Shown: in pieces, positions 18,316 to 27,196 of the stretch | Numbering within the stretch: the stretch's first letter is position 1 | How the letters are laid out: each line of letters starts with the position of its first letter | Source of the DNA: a candidate division WOR-3 bacterium | GTDB lineage: Bacteria; Hydrothermota; Tepidihabitantia; Tepidihabitantales; Tepidihabitantaceae | Length of the DNA stretch: 64,000 nucleotides | Reading direction: 5' to 3' | NCBI GenBank assembly: GCA_965648905.1 | Contig: CBFGIT010000002.1 | Span: forward strand, 97,450-161,449 | The notes under the pieces: generated by a model | The model's database searches: none | Seen by the model: the letters and a program-made list of their open reading frames with translations, nothing else | Told to the model about the DNA's origin: nothing | Translations under genes and position numbers: made by a program

Positions 18316-20097
18316 ATGAACCCGAGATTCGACCAGGTCTGGGACGCGAATCCCGAGATGTATGCTGTGCTGCGCGAGGCGGCGACCGTCGGGGTCGCGC
18401 GTGCGCGCCTGTTCGACTACCTGAACCGTCAGGAGCAGGTGTTCCTCAATCACGACTTCAACACTCATGCCCTAGAGCTCGCAACTGTTATGGAATGCCT
18501 CGACGTGATGAAGCAGGTCATCTCGGTGCGCAACGAGGCGGTAACCGGTTTCAGCTCGCTCCACCAGTTGCATGCTGCGGCTCACGGGCTGCTCGCTGAG
18601 GATTCGGTCGGCCCGGGGTTCAAGGAAGAGTTCCGGCATCTGTTCCGGGCGGTGCGCGGCGCGGCGCGACTCTATCCTGAGGTTGTGGCCAAGCCACTCG
18701 GGCGTCTTACCGGCCGGACTGCAGCCCGGGCCCGGTCCCGCGAGCTTGACCGGCTGGCACGCTATGTCCAGGACAGGGTACGACGCTACCCCACCGGGCT
18801 CGACCCGCACACAATCCATCGCCGGGAGCGCAACCGTGACCGGATTGCATCCGCACTGGGCGACGACAGACGCAACTGGGACAACCATGTCTGGCACCTG
18901 CGGCATATCATCCGGGACGCCGAGACGCTCATGCATCTGGTGCGGCTCACCCCGGAGGAACACGAGGCGATCGATCTCGCGAATCAGGCCGGGATTCCGT
19001 TCGGTATTACGCCTTACTATGTCTCGTTGATGGATTTCAATGCCAGCCGCATGCTCGATCACTCGGTGCGTGCCCAGGTGATTCCGACCCGGGAGTACGT
19101 TGAGAAGATGGAGCGGAACCGGACCCAGGGCCGGCATTCACTCGACTTCATGCAGGAAATGGACACTTCGCCGATTGACCTTGTGACCCGACGCTACCCT
19201 TCGATTGCCATCCTCAAGCCGTACAACACCTGTGCCCAGGTCTGCGTCTATTGCCAGCGCAACTGGGAGATAAGTCGGCCGATGGATAATTGCGCGCTCG
19301 CTTCAGCCGACAAGCTCGACGCGGCGTTGCGGTGGTTCCGGCGTCATCCCGGGATCACCGAAGTGCTTGTGACCGGCGGGGACCCGCTGGTTGCGGGCAC
19401 GGCCTTTGTCGAGCGGCTGCTCAACCGCTTGGCCCGAATGCGCCACATCGAGCGGATCCGCATCGGCACGCGCGTGTTCGTAACCGTGCCCCAGCGGATA
19501 ACCGACACCCTGGCATCAGTCATCGCCCGTTACCATGAGCCGGGTCGGCGCGAGGTCTGCCTTGTTACGCACGTCCAGCATGTTTACGAGGTGACGCCCG
19601 AAACCGTTATCGCGGTGCAGCGGTTCCGCTCCCGGGGTATACCGGTCTATAACCAGATGGTATACACACGTGAAAACAGCCGGCGGTTCGAGGCAGTGGC
19701 GCTGCGCCGACTGCTGCGTCTGGTCGGTATCGACCCGTACTACACGTTCAACACCAAGGGCAAAGACGAGACGATTGACTACCGTGTGCCTATCGCCCGG
19801 TTGCTCCAGGAGCAGAAAGAAGAAGCACGATTGGTCCCCGGGCTGGTGCGGACCGACGAGGCCGTCTTCAACGTGCCGGGCATGGGCAAGAACTATGTCC
19901 GGGCCGTGCAGCACCATCGACTCATCATGATTCTTGCTGACGGCCGGCGGGTCTACGAGTTCCATCCCTGGGAAAAAGGTATCTCGCTCGCTCCGACCTA
20001 CATCGAAACCGACGTCGGTATCTGGGAGTACCTCGAGTGGCTTGAGTCCGTGGGCGAAAACCCGCGCGACTACCGGAGCATCTGGTACTACCACTAG
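18316..20097 (+). CDS. KamA family radical SAM protein (lysine 2,3-aminomutase-like, long form)
   Basis: 'ITPYY', 'TRRYP', CxxxCxxC (CAQVCVYC), 'LVTGGDPL', 'IRIGTR'. Confidence 0.88.
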   Translation: MNPRFDQVWDANPEMYAVLREAATVGVARARLFDYLNRQEQVFLNHDFNTHALELATVMECLDVMKQVISVRNEAVTGFSSLHQLHAAAHGLLAEDSVGPGFKEEFRHLFRAVRGAARLYPEVVAKPLGRLTGRTAARARSRELDRLARYVQDRVRRYPTGLDPHTIHRRERNRDRIASALGDDRRNWDNHVWHLRHIIRDAETLMHLVRLTPEEHEAIDLANQAGIPFGITPYYVSLMDFNASRMLDHSVRAQVIPTREYVEKMERNRTQGRHSLDFMQEMDTSPIDLVTRRYPSIAILKPYNTCAQVCVYCQRNWEISRPMDNCALASADKLDAALRWFRRHPGITEVLVTGGDPLVAGTAFVERLLNRLARMRHIERIRIGTRVFVTVPQRITDTLASVIARYHEPGRREVCLVTHVQHVYEVTPETVIAVQRFRSRGIPVYNQMVYTRENSRRFEAVALRRLLRLVGIDPYYTFNTKGKDETIDYRVPIARLLQEQKEEARLVPGLVRTDEAVFNVPGMGKNYVRAVQHHRLIMILADGRRVYEFHPWEKGISLAPTYIETDVGIWEYLEWLESVGENPRDYRSIWYYH

Positions 20098-20103
20098 CCC
20101 AAC

Positions 20104-20673
20104 GTGCGCCCCAAGCTGCTGCTGCACATCTGCTGCGGGCCGTGTGCGACCGAGGTCGTGCGCCGGCTCAAAGAGCAGTATGAAGTCGTCGGGTACTACT
20201 ACAACCCGAACATCTACCCGCAGGAGGAGTACGACCGGCGGCTGGTCCAGGTGCAGCGGTTGTCCGCACTCTGGCGCTTGCTGGTTGACCTGGGACCGTA
20301 CGACCACGAGCGGTTTCTTGAAGTGGTGCGCGATCTGGAGCACGAACCTGAAGGTGGAGCTAGGTGTGAGAGGTGCTACCAACTTCGGCTTGAACAGGCC
20401 GCAGTTGCTGCTCGGGACAATGGCTGCACGCTGCTGGCAACCACACTCACGATTGCGCCGATGAAACGGGCTGCAGTTATCAACCCGATCGGCCAGGCTG
20501 CGGCCGCGCAGCATGGACTGGTGTTTGTGGCTGAGGACTGGAAGAAAAAGGACGGGTTCAAGCGGAGCGTTGAGCTGGCGCGTGACCTCGGGCTCTATCG
20601 CCAGCACTACTGCGGCTGTGAATTCTCCCTTCGGATCCGGGAGTCCGTTCCTGACAGACCGGACGGCCTTTGA
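20104..20673 (+). CDS. queH: Epoxyqueuosine reductase QueH
   Basis: 'LLHICCGPC', 'YNPNIYP', 'RCERCY', 'YRQHYCGC'. Confidence 0.92.
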   Translation: MRPKLLLHICCGPCATEVVRRLKEQYEVVGYYYNPNIYPQEEYDRRLVQVQRLSALWRLLVDLGPYDHERFLEVVRDLEHEPEGGARCERCYQLRLEQAAVAARDNGCTLLATTLTIAPMKRAAVINPIGQAAAAQHGLVFVAEDWKKKDGFKRSVELARDLGLYRQHYCGCEFSLRIRESVPDRPDGL

Positions 20674-20697
20674 CCCGGCGGGCGGGCAGCGTACAAT
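20670..20697 (+). promoter_or_regulatory. sigma70-type promoter, apparently leaderless
   Basis: TTGACC-N16-TACAAT, 7 nt before GTG 20705. Confidence 0.6.
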
Positions 20698-20704
20698 GAC
20701 TTCT

Positions 20705-21100
20705 GTGAAGCGCGTGCTTGCCATGCTCCTGCTCGTTCTTGCCTGCAAGGACCCGTACGACTTTGAGCCCGGTGACCCGAGCAAGCCGAACCCGCCAGCA
20801 GCACCGGCACTTCGTTCACCGGCCGACGGCTACAACACCGAGACGTATGTCTACCCGCAGGATGTTGAACTGATCTGGTATCCGGTCGAACGGGCCGAGT
20901 TCTATCAAGTCAGGGTGTACCGCGACTCACTGCTTCAGCATCTGGTCGCGGCCAATGACCGGGCAAGGTCGGTGTCAGTGGTGTTCAGTCTCAGCTTTGG
21001 CCAGTACTTCTGGCACGTTCGGGCGGCAAGTCGGCAGTGGAACGACTACACCGACTGGTCAGTGACCTGGCGATTCATTGTCCCCAGCCCGGCACGCTGA
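20705..21100 (+). CDS. Lipoprotein with FN3-like domain
   Basis: MKRVLAMLLLVLAC lipobox; 'L.WYPV...YQVRV', 'YFWHVRA', 'WS..WRF'. Confidence 0.75.
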   Translation: MKRVLAMLLLVLACKDPYDFEPGDPSKPNPPAAPALRSPADGYNTETYVYPQDVELIWYPVERAEFYQVRVYRDSLLQHLVAANDRARSVSVVFSLSFGQYFWHVRAASRQWNDYTDWSVTWRFIVPSPAR

Positions 21101-21360
21101 CGGTGTAAGGTTGGGAATAGCTCACCCCGCCAGCCAGCAGGAAGCAGGCCAGTAGCATCAACCGGAATCTCGGAGTCTTCACTGTCGTCTCTACGCAAGA
21201 AAGTCCGCCATCCAGCAGCGCCATATCAACCTCGCGCGTTGGCTCACCTCCTGCCCTGCCACCGCACCACCAGCTTGCAGGTCACCGTTTCTTTGGCCGC
21301 GGCGAGCTTGAGCAGGCACACGCCGCTGCTTGTGGCCTGCGCTGGTCATTCCGTCAACGC
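21075..21360 (-). pseudogene. Debris of secreted-protein genes (C-terminal-domain fragment plus isolated signal peptide)
   Basis: 21244-21360 reads DGMTSAGHK / SSGVCLLKLAAAKETVTCKLVV across a frameshift. 21075-21182 reads MKTPRFRLMLLACFLLAGGVSYSQPYTVSVPGWGQ*. Confidence 0.5.
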
Positions 21361-21421
21361 ATTGACAACACATAATTAAGTATTATGTCCCCAGAATTCC
21401 CAGGGCAAGCGGCTTCTCGCA

Positions 21422-22282
21422 TCACCGGCCCGTTCTGGTCGGGTACTCGTAGACCAGAACATGCCTGATTCCCTCCTCGCGTTTGAGCCCGAGCCTGGTT
21501 AGAGCCCTGAACATGGCGCGGCTTGCCGGCATCGCGCTGATACGCCGGCTGCCGCGGCGCCGGGCAAGAGCGTGCAGGTGCTGCCTGAACGCGGCAAGCG
21601 CCGGGCCTGTGCCATGGACAAACGAGATGTCAAGGTCGCGCGGGAAGTATCGGTGCGGCCGTACCACGATGATGCCTTCAAGCCGGCCGCGCCCGGGCCA
21701 GCCGCGAACAAACCCGCGGCCGCAGAGTTCTGTGATGTATTCAGGTGTAATCTGCTGGAACATCCAGGTGTAAGGCATCAGTGCGGCCGCGGCCTGGTAT
21801 TCGCTCGAACCGGCGATGAACGTAAACGCTTCATCCGGCTTGGGCCGGCGCAGCCGCACACCCGATGCCCGGCCACGGGCCGGGCCGACAAGGAACCAAT
21901 GCCTACTAAGCAGCCGGAACCCCATCCGGTTGATGATTCTGATGGACGCCTTGTTGACGTTGGCGGTGGCAAGCCGCAGGGTCTTCGGTCTCAGGGTAAG
22001 GGTCAATTGGAGTACACGCTCAGAGATTTCGCGGCCAATGCCCCTGCCCTGCTGATCCGGGTCAACCCGCAGTCCTTCCAGCCACCATTCGCCCGGAGCT
22101 AGCTGGGTCGCCTTGGCGCAGCCAACAACCACATGGCCCAGCTCCGCAACCCAGAAGTTCCCTTCGCGTATCCAGCGGTTGAAGAACAAAGGCAGGTAGT
22201 CGTGGCCCTGCCAGATGCGGCGGCTGATGGCCACGACTTCGGGCCGGTCCGAGGGCCGGGCCGGCCGGATTATGAGTGCCAC
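21422..22282 (-). CDS. GNAT family N-acetyltransferase
   Basis: 'IRPARPSD', 'WLEGLRVDPDQQGRGIG', 'NKASIR...GF'. Confidence 0.85.
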   Translation of the reverse strand: MALIIRPARPSDRPEVVAISRRIWQGHDYLPLFFNRWIREGNFWVAELGHVVVGCAKATQLAPGEWWLEGLRVDPDQQGRGIGREISERVLQLTLTLRPKTLRLATANVNKASIRIINRMGFRLLSRHWFLVGPARGRASGVRLRRPKPDEAFTFIAGSSEYQAAAALMPYTWMFQQITPEYITELCGRGFVRGWPGRGRLEGIIVVRPHRYFPRDLDISFVHGTGPALAAFRQHLHALARRRGSRRISAMPASRAMFRALTRLGLKREEGIRHVLVYEYPTRTGR

Positions 22283-23628
22283 ATGACCTCCTTGTGCTTC
22301 CAAGCTCCGCCAAAGTAGCCCAGACCCAGGATGACGGCTTCAACTACGATTGATGCTCCAATACCAAGCCAGACTCCGGCCAGCCCCAATCGGATAGTGA
22401 AGGCAAGGAGCAGGGAAATGGGCAGCTTGATGAGCCAGTTTGACACCAGTGCCGCAACCATCGGCACGGTTGTCGCGCCCGCACCGCGCTGAGCACTGGC
22501 CCAGCCGGTGACCAGTCCGAGCACGAGCAAGGTCGGGGTGACATATCGCAGATAGACTGTGCCGTGGCGCACAACCTCAGGGTCGGCGTTGAACAGCGCG
22601 ATGACCGAAGACGCAAAGAGGAACAGCAGCGGCATTGTCGCCATCTGGAGCAGCGAGCCGATGAACGTGATTCGTCGGACAACCCGCTCGGCCAACACCG
22701 CGTCGTTCCGGCCAAGGCTTTGTCCGACCAGGGCCTCGCCGGCCGAGGCAAGTCCGGAAAGGTAGACATACATCACCTCCAGTGCGCGCATGCCGATGCC
22801 GAATGCTGCCATCGCGGCAGTGCCGAACCTTGTAACCATGGCGAACATCAGCATACCGGTGACCGGTCGAGTCACCCCCTGCAGACCAGCCGGCACGCCG
22901 ATAGACAGAAGCCCGGCAAACAGCCGGCGCTGGAACCGACCGGGGACGAGCAATCGGCGTCGAGCCATCACCACAACCATTGCTCCAAGACCGAGCGTCT
23001 GGGTCAAGACCGTGGCAATTGCCGCGCCGGTGGTACCCAGCCGCGGCAGGCCGAACCAGCCGAAGATGAGTATCGGGTCGAGTACGATGTTGGCAAGGTT
23101 GGTGACGAGCATCACGTACATCGGCGTGCGCGTGTCCCCCAGCGCCTGAAAGACCGAATACATGACCATGCCGCAGAAGAAACCCGGGCTGGCTGCGAGC
23201 AGCCAACTGAGATAGGGTGTGCCGACTTCAAGTACGTCGCTGGCCGGACCGAACAGGCTGAGCAACTGGCCGGCAAACACGGAGCCCAAGACCCCGACCG
23301 GAGTGGAAAGCAGGATGACGAGCAGGAGCGCGTGGCGCAGGGTTGCGGCTACGCCCTCACGGCTGTTCGCACCTGCAGCCCGGGCCGCAGTCGCCATTGT
23401 TCCGACCGTGAAGACCGAAGAGAGCGAGAAGAGCACACCGAAGACCGAGCCGGACAAGGCGACGCCGGCGACTGCGGCCCGGCCCAGCCTGCCGACCCAG
23501 AAGGTGTCGACCAGATGCAGAACCGTGAACAAGGCCGAGGTGACCATCACCGGCCACGCGACCTGCCATGTTGCCCGGCCGAGTGAGCCGGAAAGGTCTA
23601 CCGCGCTGACTCTTGTCTGGTCGGCCAC
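22270..23628 (-). CDS. MATE family efflux transporter
   Basis: About 12 TM helices; 'VDTFWVGRLG', 'GDTRTPM', 'NIVLDPILIFG', 'GAAIATV'. Confidence 0.92.
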   Translation of the reverse strand: MADQTRVSAVDLSGSLGRATWQVAWPVMVTSALFTVLHLVDTFWVGRLGRAAVAGVALSGSVFGVLFSLSSVFTVGTMATAARAAGANSREGVAATLRHALLLVILLSTPVGVLGSVFAGQLLSLFGPASDVLEVGTPYLSWLLAASPGFFCGMVMYSVFQALGDTRTPMYVMLVTNLANIVLDPILIFGWFGLPRLGTTGAAIATVLTQTLGLGAMVVVMARRRLLVPGRFQRRLFAGLLSIGVPAGLQGVTRPVTGMLMFAMVTRFGTAAMAAFGIGMRALEVMYVYLSGLASAGEALVGQSLGRNDAVLAERVVRRITFIGSLLQMATMPLLFLFASSVIALFNADPEVVRHGTVYLRYVTPTLLVLGLVTGWASAQRGAGATTVPMVAALVSNWLIKLPISLLLAFTIRLGLAGVWLGIGASIVVEAVILGLGYFGGAWKHKEVMWHS

Positions 23629-23634
23629 GCCCTG

Positions 23635-26600
23635 TCAGTCCAGCAGGGCAACGATTTCGCGGCAGATATTCTCGGACGCAAAGCCGCGGATGTCGATCGC
23701 GAGCGAGCGGCAGTTGGCGGCGCAGGCACCGCAGCCCTTGCACAAGGCTTCATTGACGACTGCGGCCTCGCGTCCGGTCTTCTCGTTCACGACTTTGACC
23801 TCGATCGCCCGATAGGCGCAGAGCCCTTCGCACATGTGGCAGGCCGAGCACTTGGCCGGGTCAACCTGGGCAACTGTGGCCTCAGCCTCCAGCGAATCAC
23901 GGGAAAGTACGGTTGCAGCCCGGCCGGCAGCAGCCCGGGCCTGGGCGGTCGCCTCGTCGATGAACTTGGGGAAGTGGCAGAGCCCGGCCATGAACACGCC
24001 CTCGGTGGCGAAGTCGACCGGCCGCAGCTTCATGTGCGCCTCAAGGAAGAAGCCGTCAGAGTTCAAGGGAACCTTGAGCATCTGGGCCAGTTCTTCTGAG
24101 CCGGTCTGCGGTACCAGGCCCGAAGAAAGCACGAGGAAATCAGGCGCAAACTCGATTTCCCGGCCCAGCACCGGGTCGTGCGCCAGGATGACCGGCTTGC
24201 CTTCAACGAGCTTCACCTCCGGCGGCTGCTCAGGCGCGTAGCGGATGAACACGACGCCCTGCTGCCGCGCCTTGCGAAAGTATTCTTCGCGCATGCCATA
24301 GGTCCGGATGTCACGGTAGAGCACGTAGACATCAGTGTCAGGGTTCATCTCCTTGACCGCCAAGGCGTTCTTGACCGCCTCGGTGCAGCAGATGCGCGAG
24401 CAGTAGGGCCGGTCCGCATCGCGCGAGCCGACACATTGGATCATGACCACGCTGACTGCCTGCTTCACTCTGGTCGGCTCCTTATCGAGCAACGCTTCGA
24501 ATTCCTTCTGACTGATGATGGCTGAACTTGCGCCATAGCCGTATTCAGTCGGCATTCGGTACTGGGCGCCGGTTGCGACCACGACCACGCCGTGCTTCAG
24601 GGTGATGTCTGACCCGTTGGACTTGTCGGACGAGTCGGACACCCGGATTGTGGTCTGGAAGTTCCCGACAAAGCCGTCTATCGCCTTGATGTTCGCGCCG
24701 GTGAAAACCTTGATGCGCGGATGCTGCCGGACTCTGGTCTCAAGTTCCTTGAGGCGCTTGCGCACGTCTTCGCCCTCGACCGTTTTCGCGATGCTCCGGC
24801 CATTGCCGCCAAGCTCGTGCTCGCGCTCAACTAGGAAGGCGTCAAATCCTTCTTCTGCCAGGGACAATGCTGCGGTCATGCCCGCGATGCCGCCACCGAT
24901 GACCAGCCCGGCCTTGGTCACGGGCAGTTTGACCTTGGGCAGCGGTCTCAGGCGCAGCGCGCGTGCCACTGCCATCTTCACCAGGTCTTTCGACTTCTCA
25001 GTTGCCTTGTCCGGCTCCTTCATGTGGACCCATGAACACTGGTCCCGGATATTGGCCATGGCGAACAGGTGCGGGTTCAGTCCTGCCTCTGCCACGGTCG
25101 CCTGGAACAGCGGCTCGTGAGTGCGCGGCGAGCAGGAGGCGACAACCACCCGGTTGAGCCGGTGCTCCCGGATACGTTCCTTTATCTTGTCCTGGGTGTC
25201 GCCCGAGCAGGAATAGAGGTTCTCCTCGGCATAGACGACATGGGGCAGGGTTCGGGCAAACTCAACCACTTCGGGCACGCGCACCACACCGCCGATGTTG
25301 ATGCCGCAGTGACAGACGAACACGCCGATTCTCGGCGCCTCACCGCGCACGTCGGTTTCGGGCGGAGCCACCAGTTCCCGGGCCAGTGTGCCGCGTTCGG
25401 CTGCAAGCACCTCTTCGGCTGAGGCCGCGGCACCAGATGCACCGGTCACAGCTTCAGGTATCGCCATCGGTTTTGAAAAGCTGCCGGCCACACTGATGCC
25501 TGGCCGGCTGGTCGCGGTCGGGTTCCAGTCGTCGGTCCGGGTAAAACCGAACCGGTCCAGCTCAAGGTCCAGCCGCTTTGACAGCTCGACCAGTTCCGCC
25601 GGCGGCACGAACCCGCACGAGAGCACGACCAAGTCGAACTCCTCGGCGCGTGTGCCTTCCTCGCCGGCGTAGCGCAGAACCAGATTGTGGGTTTCAGGGT
25701 CTTCGCGGACTTCAGGCACGCGCGCCCGCACCAGGCGCACGCCGTACTGTGTCTCAGCGCGTTCAACGTACCGGTCGAAGTCCTTGCCGTAGGAGCGCAT
25801 GTCCATGTAGAACACGGTCGGCTCGACGTCTCGGGCATGCTCTCGGGCAATGACCGCTTCCTTCACCGCATACATGCAGCACATCGCTGAGCAGTAGCCG
25901 CGCTCGACCGAGTCGTCACGCGAGCCGACGCACTGCAGCCAGGCAACGCGTCTGGGCGGCCTGCCGTCTGAGGGCCGCTGCACATGGCCGCCGTACGGAC
26001 CCGATGCAGACAGGATGCGCTCAAATTCAAGGCTTGTGACTACGTTCGGATATCGACCATGGCCGTACTCAGGCCGCAGTGTGGTCGGTGCGATTGCCGA
26101 GCCGGCAGCGACAACAACCGACCCGACTTCAATGGTCAACTCCTCGTCCTGCTGGGTATAGTCGATTGCCCCGGCCTTGCACGATTTCTGGCACGCGCCG
26201 CACTTATCCTTGAGAAACTTCAGACAGTGCGCGCGGTCGATCGTCGGCGCATTCGGCACGGCCTGCGCGTACAGCCGGTAGATGGCGCGGCGCTTGTTCA
26301 AGCCGCCTTCGAACTCGTTGGGCAGGTCTCGGACCGGGCACTTGGTCAGGCAGTCACCGCAGCCGGTGCACTTTGCCAGGTCCACTGACCGGGCATGACG
26401 TCTGAGTCTGACCTGGAAATTACCCGGTTCGCCTTCGACCGAGAGCACCTCGGTAAGGGTCAGAAGCTCGATGTTGTGGTGCCGACCTGCGGCCACGAGC
26501 TTGGGCGAGAGGATGCACATCGAGCAGTCATTGGTCGGGAAGGTCTTATCGAGCATCGCCATGATCCCGCCGATGGCCGGCGACCGTTCGACCAGATAGA

Positions 26601-26697
26601 CCCGATAACCGGAGTCAGCAAGGTCCAGCGCGGTCTGAACACCGCCGATACCGCCGCCGACCACCATGACCGCGCCAATCCTTCTGGGTTCACTCAT
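23635..26697 (-). CDS. hdrA: HdrA-like flavoprotein with two FAD modules (~1020 aa)
   Basis: 'VVGGGIGG', 'LDKTFPTNDC', two 'QCVGSRD' motifs, 'GVFVCHCG', 'NIRDQCSW', ferredoxin motifs. ATG at 26697. Confidence 0.9.
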   Translation of the reverse strand: MSEPRRIGAVMVVGGGIGGVQTALDLADSGYRVYLVERSPAIGGIMAMLDKTFPTNDCSMCILSPKLVAAGRHHNIELLTLTEVLSVEGEPGNFQVRLRRHARSVDLAKCTGCGDCLTKCPVRDLPNEFEGGLNKRRAIYRLYAQAVPNAPTIDRAHCLKFLKDKCGACQKSCKAGAIDYTQQDEELTIEVGSVVVAAGSAIAPTTLRPEYGHGRYPNVVTSLEFERILSASGPYGGHVQRPSDGRPPRRVAWLQCVGSRDDSVERGYCSAMCCMYAVKEAVIAREHARDVEPTVFYMDMRSYGKDFDRYVERAETQYGVRLVRARVPEVREDPETHNLVLRYAGEEGTRAEEFDLVVLSCGFVPPAELVELSKRLDLELDRFGFTRTDDWNPTATSRPGISVAGSFSKPMAIPEAVTGASGAAASAEEVLAAERGTLARELVAPPETDVRGEAPRIGVFVCHCGINIGGVVRVPEVVEFARTLPHVVYAEENLYSCSGDTQDKIKERIREHRLNRVVVASCSPRTHEPLFQATVAEAGLNPHLFAMANIRDQCSWVHMKEPDKATEKSKDLVKMAVARALRLRPLPKVKLPVTKAGLVIGGGIAGMTAALSLAEEGFDAFLVEREHELGGNGRSIAKTVEGEDVRKRLKELETRVRQHPRIKVFTGANIKAIDGFVGNFQTTIRVSDSSDKSNGSDITLKHGVVVVATGAQYRMPTEYGYGASSAIISQKEFEALLDKEPTRVKQAVSVVMIQCVGSRDADRPYCSRICCTEAVKNALAVKEMNPDTDVYVLYRDIRTYGMREEYFRKARQQGVVFIRYAPEQPPEVKLVEGKPVILAHDPVLGREIEFAPDFLVLSSGLVPQTGSEELAQMLKVPLNSDGFFLEAHMKLRPVDFATEGVFMAGLCHFPKFIDEATAQARAAAGRAATVLSRDSLEAEATVAQVDPAKCSACHMCEGLCAYRAIEVKVVNEKTGREAAVVNEALCKGCGACAANCRSLAIDIRGFASENICREIVALLD
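24607..24642 (-). repeat. Four in-frame 9-mers with GTCNGAC-type core inside hdrA'
   Basis: + strand gtctgaccc gttggactt gtcggacga gtcggacac; encodes VSDSSDKSNGSD. Confidence 0.65.
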
Positions 26698-26721
26698 CGT
26701 TACCGCACTCCCGAACACCGG

Positions 26722-26763
26722 GCGAAGTCAGAACCTAGAAGCGAGAATCCAGAAGCTAGAACC
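26722..26763 (+). repeat. Heptamer-built inverted repeat arm downstream of the four-helix-bundle gene
   Basis: gcgaagt cagaacc tagaagc gagaatc cagaagc tagaacc. Confidence 0.85.
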
Positions 26764-26772
26764 CCGACCACT

Positions 26773-27186
26773 TCAGCCTCTCTTCCCCGTATTGGACTTA
26801 GCGGTTAGAACCGACTTCACGACCATTCGGATGAGCTCATCCGCCTCGGTAAGCAGAGGTGCCAGCGCACCTGCGGGTGCGAGACCTGCCCGCTGCACGA
26901 GCATCAACCAGTACTGGGTTTCGCGCAGCTCCTTGAGCACAACTTGGAGCTTGTGGACAAAGTCCGCTCGGCTCTCTGCCCCACGGGCTTCCTGATAGTT
27001 CGCTCCAGCCGAGGTAGCGGAACGTATGACCTGGCTACTGATATGCCGAGCTGATGCGGTTCGTGCCATTCGGTCGGTCAGCTTGAGACAGCCGGTAGCG
27101 AACGTCAGCAGTCGTTCACCCAGGCTACCGGGCTTCAGCGTATCAGGGACCCGCTGCTCTGGCTTCTGTGCTCTAGCTTCTACCAT
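26773..27186 (-). CDS. Four helix bundle protein (23S rRNA intervening-sequence protein family)
   Basis: 'QVIRSATSAGANYQEARGAESRADFVHKLQVVLKELRETQYWL' family signature. Confidence 0.9.
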   Translation of the reverse strand: MVEARAQKPEQRVPDTLKPGSLGERLLTFATGCLKLTDRMARTASARHISSQVIRSATSAGANYQEARGAESRADFVHKLQVVLKELRETQYWLMLVQRAGLAPAGALAPLLTEADELIRMVVKSVLTAKSNTGKRG

Positions 27187-27196
27187 CTGACTTCGT
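27155..27196 (-). repeat. Heptamer-built inverted repeat arm at the 5' end of the four-helix-bundle gene
   Basis: Minus strand acgaagt cagatgg tagaagc tagagca cagaagc cagagca; matches 26722-26763 unit for unit in inverted orientation. Confidence 0.85.

Noticed and set aside
26773..27186. Four-helix-bundle gene as the Avd of a diversity-generating retroelement, with the surface-protein repeats as TR/VR
   Set aside because: No reverse transcriptase is in the window, and differences between surface-protein modules are not visibly adenine-specific.
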